Below, piece after piece: positions 58,188 through 64,000 of a stretch of 64,000 bases of DNA (positions are counted from its first letter, which is position 1; every line of letters starts with the position of its first letter). Made by a program: the position numbers and the translations under genes. This DNA is from Alphaproteobacteria bacterium (GTDB lineage: Bacteria; Pseudomonadota; Alphaproteobacteria; JABAAW01): positions 2,105-66,104 of the forward strand of contig JABAAW010000003.1 in NCBI GenBank assembly GCA_014238535.1, given 5' to 3'. A model generated the notes under the pieces. The model saw only the letters and a program-made list of their open reading frames with translations, did no database searches and was not told where the DNA came from.

Positions 58188-60194
58188 ATGGGGATTAACT
58201 TTGCGAAGACTGGTTCTGTTACTATTTTCTATGCTCCGAGTGCAGAAACGCGCGCGCGCGCTCTTTATGCAACGCTAAAACAGCGTACGCGTAAGGAATC
58301 TAGCGAGGCTAGCGCAGATGACTACGCTGGCGATGAGCAGCAGTGGGATTTTTCATGCGAATCGCTATCCAGAGACGCTATCGGCAAGGCGTTTATTCGA
58401 GGTCAGGCGATTGTTGGATTATGCTCGAGTGCGATTCTCATTCGTGCGCTTCCCTTTACGCATAAACATCGCGATAGCCCGCTGCTGTGTCTGCCGCCTG
58501 CGTCGGGCGAAGATAATGTTCTCCACCTTCTTACTTTACTTGGTTGGCATCACGGCGGTCGCAGGCTGGCACATAGTCTGGCGCAAGCCTTACGGGCTAT
58601 TGGCGAGGAGGTTGTCGTGGTCGGTGGCTCGAGCACCGATAAGCGCTTAGGTTTTGCGCTAGAGGATGTGCCGCAAGGTTGGTCTATCGCGGGAGAGGTC
58701 GAGAGCACGCTGAAGTTTCTTGCGCGTGGTGGAAGGTATAGGGTTAATGGAGCTGCTTGTGCTGGCTTTCCGCCCAAGGAGTTTTACGCTGCAGCGGAAA
58801 ATGGCAAAGGCGATAGCAAAGAAGATAACAAAGAAGATAATTTGGCGAGTAACGGCAAAGACGAGCAAGCACGCAGGGTTCTGGTCGGCTGCAACTTACG
58901 CACTAACGAGGCTATTCATCTTGTTCCACGCAAGGTCGCTGTCGGGATTGGTTGCGTGCGTGGAGTAAGCGCGCAGGCGATAGCCTCGCTGGTTGAAGAT
59001 TGCTTGGCAGAAGCTGGCATCACACGCGCGTCTCTGTGTGGGGTTGCGAGCATATCTTTGAAACGCGACGAGTGCGGGCTGTTGCAATTTGCTAAGATGT
59101 GGGATTTGCCGTTACGCTTTTTCTCGAGCGCTTGTTTGAAATCGAAGTCTATAGAGCACAGTTTGCGTGGAGTTGCGGATGTTGAGCGCGCTGTTGGCAC
59201 TCCTAGTGTGGCGGAAGCAGCCGCGCTATGCCTTGCAATTAAAAATACGAGTAATACTGCTAAGAGCAGTAGCGATGGCAACATCTCGCAGCTGCTACTT
59301 ACGAAGCGAAAGTCGGCGGTAGCAACCTGTGCGCTTGCGATGAGTAGCGAGCCTCTCGTTGAGTCTTCTCTTGCAGGGATGAGTAACGGCTGTTTGACTT
59401 TGGTCGGACTAGGTCCTGGTGGAGCGATGCAACGCACGGCTGAGGCTTCGCTCGCCTTACGCACGGCGGATGCGCTTGTGGGTTATGAAGGCTACTTCTC
59501 GTTGCTCGAGTATGGCGAGGCACGCGCAGAGGCTGAGCGTTGCAGCTATCCGATTGGTGCGGAGGAGGAGCGTTGTCGCGCGGCGATTGCGCTTGCTCGA
59601 ACTGGTAAGAAGACGGTGTTATTAGGGTCTGGCGATGCTGGAGTTTACGCTTTATCTACTTTGGTGTGGCAGCTTCTTGCGCACGAGAAAACCAGAGAAG
59701 AAAACAACGAAGACGAAAACGGTAAAAGCCCGCCTATTGAGGTTCTGCATGCGCCAGGTATCTCGGCGATGCACGCGCTTGCAGCGCGAGTTGGTGCCCC
59801 GCTGGCAGACGATTTTTGTGCTATCTCTCTATCCGATGTCATGACAGCAAGTGAGAAAATTCTCGAACGAGTAGATAGTGCTGCGCGCGGTGATTTTGTG
59901 CTCGCCTTGTATAACCCGCAGAGTGCTACACGGCGTAGCCTGCTGCCACGCACGCTCGATATTTTGCGCGAATACCGCTTGCCTACAACACCGATTGCTT
60001 GCGGTCGGCTTGTCGGTCGAGCGGAGGAGTCTGTTTGGATTTCGAGTCTTGCAGATTTTGAGCACAAGGTAGTCGACATGCATACGATAGTAATTGTCGG
60101 AAACTCACAAACGAAAACCTACCACTCGCCCTATGGCGAGCGTCTATATACGCAGCGCGGTTACCGTCTCGCTGAGGGCAGAAGCAATGATTAA
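58188..60194 (+). CDS. cobJ: CbiG fused to precorrin-3B / cobalt-factor III C17-methyltransferase (CbiH/CobJ)
   Basis: 668 aa. The N-terminal two-thirds are CbiG-like (VAVGIGCVRGVS...VASISLKRDECGLLQFA...LPLRFF). The C-terminal third is a tetrapyrrole methylase (LTLVGLGPGG, VGYEGY, LGSGDAGVY, ISLSD). Confidence 0.85.
   Translation: MGINFAKTGSVTIFYAPSAETRARALYATLKQRTRKESSEASADDYAGDEQQWDFSCESLSRDAIGKAFIRGQAIVGLCSSAILIRALPFTHKHRDSPLLCLPPASGEDNVLHLLTLLGWHHGGRRLAHSLAQALRAIGEEVVVVGGSSTDKRLGFALEDVPQGWSIAGEVESTLKFLARGGRYRVNGAACAGFPPKEFYAAAENGKGDSKEDNKEDNLASNGKDEQARRVLVGCNLRTNEAIHLVPRKVAVGIGCVRGVSAQAIASLVEDCLAEAGITRASLCGVASISLKRDECGLLQFAKMWDLPLRFFSSACLKSKSIEHSLRGVADVERAVGTPSVAEAAALCLAIKNTSNTAKSSSDGNISQLLLTKRKSAVATCALAMSSEPLVESSLAGMSNGCLTLVGLGPGGAMQRTAEASLALRTADALVGYEGYFSLLEYGEARAEAERCSYPIGAEEERCRAAIALARTGKKTVLLGSGDAGVYALSTLVWQLLAHEKTREENNEDENGKSPPIEVLHAPGISAMHALAARVGAPLADDFCAISLSDVMTASEKILERVDSAARGDFVLALYNPQSATRRSLLPRTLDILREYRLPTTPIACGRLVGRAEESVWISSLADFEHKVVDMHTIVIVGNSQTKTYHSPYGERLYTQRGYRLAEGRSND
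58818..58841 (+). repeat. in-frame 12-bp tandem duplication inside cbiG-cobJ
   Basis: aaagaagataac / aaagaagataat, encoding KEDN-KEDN. Confidence 0.9.
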
Positions 60195-60213
60195 TGACTA
60201 ATGGTTAGATACT

Positions 60214-61038
60214 GTGGCTAAAGAAGAACGACTTTCAGTTCAAGCGCAATCAGTGCTCCCGATAGATTTTGTTGGTGCTGGTCCGGGCGATGTCGATCTT
60301 TTGACTCTGAAAGCCGCACGCTTGCTGGGCGAGGCGCAAGTGCTTCTCTATGCCGGTTCTTTGATACCGAATAGCGTAGTCGCTTTGGCAGGTGGGGCGG
60401 AGAAGCACGATACCTCGACGATGGTGCTATCGCAGATAGTAGAGTTGCTGGTAGCGCGTGCGCGCGCGGGCTTGCGCGTTGTGCGCCTGCATTCAGGTGA
60501 TCCTTCGTTGTATGGTGCGATTGCCGAGCAAATTAGTCTCTTGCGCGCGCAGGATATATCAGTTTGCATCACGCCTGGCATTTCGGCATACGCGGCTGCC
60601 GCCGCGCGCTTGGGTCTAGAACTAACGCTACCGCTACTAAGCCAAACTGTTATCTTAACGCGCACGAGTGTGCGTGCCTCTGCCATGCCATCTGGCGAAA
60701 GTTTAGCAGAACTAGGACGAAGCGGTGCTACTCTTGTTATTCACCTATCGATCAATAACTTGGCCTATGTATGCCGAACTCTATCACCCCTCTATGGTGA
60801 GGATTGTCCAGTTATCGTAGCCTATCGTGTTGGTTGGGAAGACGAACTATTCTTGCGCGGCGTGCTGTGCGACATTCGCGCGCAAGTTAAACAGGCAGGT
60901 CTTACGCGTACGGCGTTGATTTTCGTCGGGCGCGTCTTGGATAAGCAAGCGCAATCGGATGCGCGGAGCATAGCCTCTAAACTCTACGACGCGAAGCACA
61001 GCCATATTTTTCGTGAAAGTAGTAACAACGCGGTTTAG
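60214..61038 (+). CDS. cobM: precorrin-4 / cobalt-precorrin-4 C11-methyltransferase
   Basis: 274 aa, GTG start. IDFVGAGPGDVDLLTLKA, LHSGDPSLYGAI, ITPGISA. Confidence 0.9.
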   Translation: MAKEERLSVQAQSVLPIDFVGAGPGDVDLLTLKAARLLGEAQVLLYAGSLIPNSVVALAGGAEKHDTSTMVLSQIVELLVARARAGLRVVRLHSGDPSLYGAIAEQISLLRAQDISVCITPGISAYAAAAARLGLELTLPLLSQTVILTRTSVRASAMPSGESLAELGRSGATLVIHLSINNLAYVCRTLSPLYGEDCPVIVAYRVGWEDELFLRGVLCDIRAQVKQAGLTRTALIFVGRVLDKQAQSDARSIASKLYDAKHSHIFRESSNNAV

Positions 61039-61045
61039 CGCGAGT

Positions 61046-62884
61046 ATGTTCGCGCAAGCCGTAGCGGTCATCGAGTCGGTAAGGGAAACCGCACCAGATA
61101 AAGCTGGTTGCTATCGCATGCTGGATGCGAAAGGACAAGCTCTTTACATCGGAAAGGCACGCGATTTGAAAAAGCGTCTGCAAGCTTACACGCGCCCCTC
61201 GCGCTTGGCGAATCGCTTGCAGCGTATGTTGGCGTCTACGCATAGCGTTGAGTTGCTCATTACCAATACGGAAACGGAGGCTCTGTTGATGGAAGCCTCG
61301 ATGATAAAATCGCTGAAACCACGCTACAACATCCTGTTGCGAGACGACAAAAGTTTTCCATCGATTTTGCTACGAGGCGACCATCGTTTCCCGCAGATTT
61401 TGAAACACCGTGGTAAGCAGGTTAAAAAGGGAACGTACTTTGGACCCTTTGCCTCTGGAGTAGCTGTAAACAATTCGGTAGTCGAGTTGCAGAAAATATT
61501 TTTACTTCGCAACTGCTCTGATTCGATTTTTTCACACCGCACGCGCCCTTGTTTGCAATACCATATCAAACGCTGCTGTGCCCCTTGCGTCGGCTATGTT
61601 AGCGAGCAGGCATATGGGTATTTGGTAGATTCGGCGAAAGCATTTCTGCAAGGCAAGGCTGAGGGGGTGCGCGAGAAACTGGTAGTTCAGATGGAGCAGG
61701 CGAGTGCTGCGCACGAGTATGAGCGCGCAGCGGCACTCCGTGACCGTCTAGCAGCCTTGACGAAGATACAAACGCGTAGCGATGTTTCGCTTCCAAGCAG
61801 TACAACCGATGGAGACGTTCTGGTGCTCTGTTTAGAGGATGGTGAGAGCTGCGTCGAGATGTTTTGCTTTCGCCACTCTCGTAATTGCGGTAACCGTGCT
61901 TTCTTCCCACGGCACGAGGGCGCGGTTCTGCCCGCCGAAATTATGGCTTCGTTCATAGCGCAGTTCTACGCGACCCACCCCCCCCCACCTGTGATATATG
62001 CAAGTCCGCATCCGCACGAGAGCGCGTGGCTCGCAAGTTCGTTGAGCGACCTCTACAAACGCCGCGTGCGTATACTAACGCCGCGTAGGCTGGCGTTGTT
62101 TCCTTTGGTCTATGCCAACGCCGAAGCCTCCTTACGCCGACGGCTAGTCGAACGCAGCCGCTTTGACGAATCATTTTCAGCCCTCACAAAACTCCTCGCC
62201 CTACCCACAGCACTAGAGCGCATAGAGGTTTATGACAATAGTCATATCAGCGCGACGCACCCATACGCGGTTATGGTAACGGCAGATAAACGGGGATTTG
62301 TTAAAAGTGGTTATCGTAAGTTTTCGATTCGTAGAGAAGCCTCCTTTGGCGACGATTATGCGATGATGAACGAAGCGCTGACGCGGCGATTCGCTCGTAG
62401 CGAGGAGTGGCAGATACCCTCCCTGTTGATCTTGGATGGTGGGTTGGGACAAATCTCGTGCGCGCAAAAAGCACTTTCCGCATACCCAAACCTGCCGCCG
62501 CTACCGATTCTCGCAATCGCGAAGGGCGCGAGCAGGAAGGCGGGCGAAGAGAAGATATATCTAGCTAGTACGCGAAAGAAAAATGGCGTCTTGTCTGAAC
62601 TCGTTTCCTTGTCTATGCGCGACGCCTTGTTTTATTTTTTACTCCGCTTGCGCGACGAAGCGCATCGCTTTGCCATTGGCACGCATCGTGCGAGTCGTGC
62701 GCGTGCACAAAAGTTTTCGCAACTCGATAGTATTGACAACATTGGTGGTGTGCGTAAAAGGCTACTGCTACAGCATTTTGGTTCTACTCGTGCGGTCGCG
62801 GCTGCCTCGCTTAAGGATTTACGCGCAGTGCATGGGCTAGGCGAGAAGGCGGCGCAGAGCCTATATCGTCATTTCCACGAATAA
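61046..62884 (+). CDS. uvrC: excinuclease ABC subunit C
   Basis: GIY-YIG domain GCYRMLDAKGQALYIGKARDLKKRL, UVR domain (YERAAALRDRL), an Endo V-like domain, and a C-terminal (HhH)2. ATG at 61046 follows the cobM stop. The ORF-track start is 61013. Confidence 0.95.
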   Translation: MFAQAVAVIESVRETAPDKAGCYRMLDAKGQALYIGKARDLKKRLQAYTRPSRLANRLQRMLASTHSVELLITNTETEALLMEASMIKSLKPRYNILLRDDKSFPSILLRGDHRFPQILKHRGKQVKKGTYFGPFASGVAVNNSVVELQKIFLLRNCSDSIFSHRTRPCLQYHIKRCCAPCVGYVSEQAYGYLVDSAKAFLQGKAEGVREKLVVQMEQASAAHEYERAAALRDRLAALTKIQTRSDVSLPSSTTDGDVLVLCLEDGESCVEMFCFRHSRNCGNRAFFPRHEGAVLPAEIMASFIAQFYATHPPPPVIYASPHPHESAWLASSLSDLYKRRVRILTPRRLALFPLVYANAEASLRRRLVERSRFDESFSALTKLLALPTALERIEVYDNSHISATHPYAVMVTADKRGFVKSGYRKFSIRREASFGDDYAMMNEALTRRFARSEEWQIPSLLILDGGLGQISCAQKALSAYPNLPPLPILAIAKGASRKAGEEKIYLASTRKKNGVLSELVSLSMRDALFYFLLRLRDEAHRFAIGTHRASRARAQKFSQLDSIDNIGGVRKRLLLQHFGSTRAVAAASLKDLRAVHGLGEKAAQSLYRHFHE

Positions 62885-62947
62885 AAAGGAAGAAGTAGCT
62901 TATGTATTTTATTTGACGAGGGTAAGCTCTTACACCAGAGTCATTGA

Positions 62948-64000
62948 AAATCAACGGATCATTGTGAGTTTCTGACTATCTCTTTTGTAAGCAATCAAGG
63001 CAGAACATACGAATCGGCGTTCAACTACGCACTGGCAGAAGTGTTGAAAGCACAGCGTGCCGCTTGGCAGGACGAGGACCACTCCGTTGTAGCAGGAGAA
63101 TGTTCGGGCATTGTGGAACGGGCTGAAGAGAGAGCAGGACCTCCTCTTCGTATCGATATTTTCCTCGAAGCACCAGATTTGTGTCCCATTGCGGTTGAGG
63201 TGGAGTTCGCTGAAAAAACTGCGGACCCTGAAAAAGATGCGTCTGGTAGGCTAGGACTTGTTTCAACTTTCAACGGAGGCAACAAGCATATTTGTAACGC
63301 CATCGCTGTAAAAGCACCTCTCATTTTCAAGCAAAAGCTACCACCAGAAATTGTTGAGAGTCTTAAAGCAGGTGAAGAATTTGAGTATGTCTGCCTTTAT
63401 CGAAAAAAGGCAGATATAGAACAGCCTCCTGTGCGTTGGCCTGAAAAAGGTTGGCTTAAAGGTACGGTTTCTGACTTGGCGGACATAATCGAGCAAAGCG
63501 CATCGGTCGCAGGCACCCTCGAAGATTTGGCGCAAGAAATATCTACTGAAGTCAAAGCACTCGGTGAAAGTCTATCGAATACCCTTTCTACTAAGGCTAA
63601 GGAAGCGATACGGAAGAGGCTGGGGCAGCAAGACAACGAGCAAGGCTTGAATGTCGCTGTTTGCGTATGGCTGAACGCCCTCGTTTTCCAAGAAAAAATC
63701 GCCAGCGACGGCAGGCATGAAGATGTTCCGTTGCCTTCCACTGTGCTGGAAGATAGTTTTCCCACTTGTCAGAAAGAATTGCAGAAAGCGTGGAACAAGG
63801 TGTTAGACATCAACTACCGTTCTATCTTCGAACCTGCCAAGGATTGTTTAGACGAGGAATTTCCTTCCTCTTTCAAAAACATTTTTATGAGAATTATAAA
63901 TCTCGTAGAAGAAATCAGCAAAAACCGTATCAGTACGCTTGTCGATGTAAGCGCCTCGGTTTTTCCAAAGCTCTCAAAAGATAGAAAAACGGCAGCTGCC
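62948..64000 (+). CDS. partial ORF with no clear start that runs off the right edge: putative N-terminal nuclease-like and helical region of a large restriction/methyltransferase-type protein
   Basis: 351 open codons after the stop at 62945-62947. Not in the ORF track because there is no stop in the window. Contains RIDIFLEAPDLCPIAVEVEFAEK (PD-(D/E)XK-like pattern). A long helical region ends ..VSASVFPKLSKDRKTAAA, resembling the segment preceding an N6-MTase core. No in-frame ATG; CTG at 62972 and GTG at 63038 are the only nearby candidates. Visibly lower G+C than the cob and uvrC genes. Confidence 0.5.

Noticed and set aside
62885-62947. Looked for a tRNA gene, direct repeat or att-like site marking an island boundary between uvrC and the terminal ORF.
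   Set aside because: No tRNA-like T-arm or acceptor sequence is visible and there is no repeat of the junction within the window. The other boundary would be outside the window, so integration cannot be demonstrated here.
1-64000. Scanned for CRISPR arrays, IS elements, transposases, integrases, rRNA and tRNA.
   Set aside because: I found no regularly spaced direct repeats of 25-40 bp, no transposase or integrase-like translations in any listed or unlisted long frame, and no conserved rRNA or tRNA sequence blocks.

Overview
This is a densely packed, mostly co-directional stretch of what looks like an alphaproteobacterial chromosome. I call about 60 protein-coding genes. I recognise no rRNA, tRNA, CRISPR array, transposase or integrase. 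The alphaproteobacterial assignment rests on 5-aminolevulinate synthase HemA, ihfB-lapA, pal-cpoB-tilS-ftsH, lnt-corC-ybeY-phoH, ftsEX-DUF218-plsC, and homologues of the mitochondrial Atm1, HIG1, ISCA, MMAB and SDHAF4 proteins.

Most of the content is housekeeping:
- mutS-rnhA-ispH
- a porin
- xthA, folE, hemA, ftsH, uvrC
- a pstSCAB-phoU operon
- a nine-gene early-cobalt-insertion (cbi-type) corrin ring cluster

The parts that look accessory are:
- a compact cheA(REC)-cheY-cheR module with no cheW, cheB or MCP gene nearby
- a CHASE2 nucleotide cyclase apparently co-operonic with a type I secretion ABC/HlyD pair, with no substrate gene visible
- an orphan beta-class DNA methyltransferase embedded in the cob cluster
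- the last ~1.1 kb after uvrC, where composition visibly shifts. An open frame there has no clear start codon and runs off the window. It resembles the N-terminus of a fused nuclease/methyltransferase defence-type enzyme.

I see no complete novel multi-gene system of unknown proteins inside the window. The best candidate is truncated by the right edge.

All calls come from reading the translations and DNA by eye. No searches or statistics were run. Start codons are often uncertain, and many genes here appear to use TTG or GTG.
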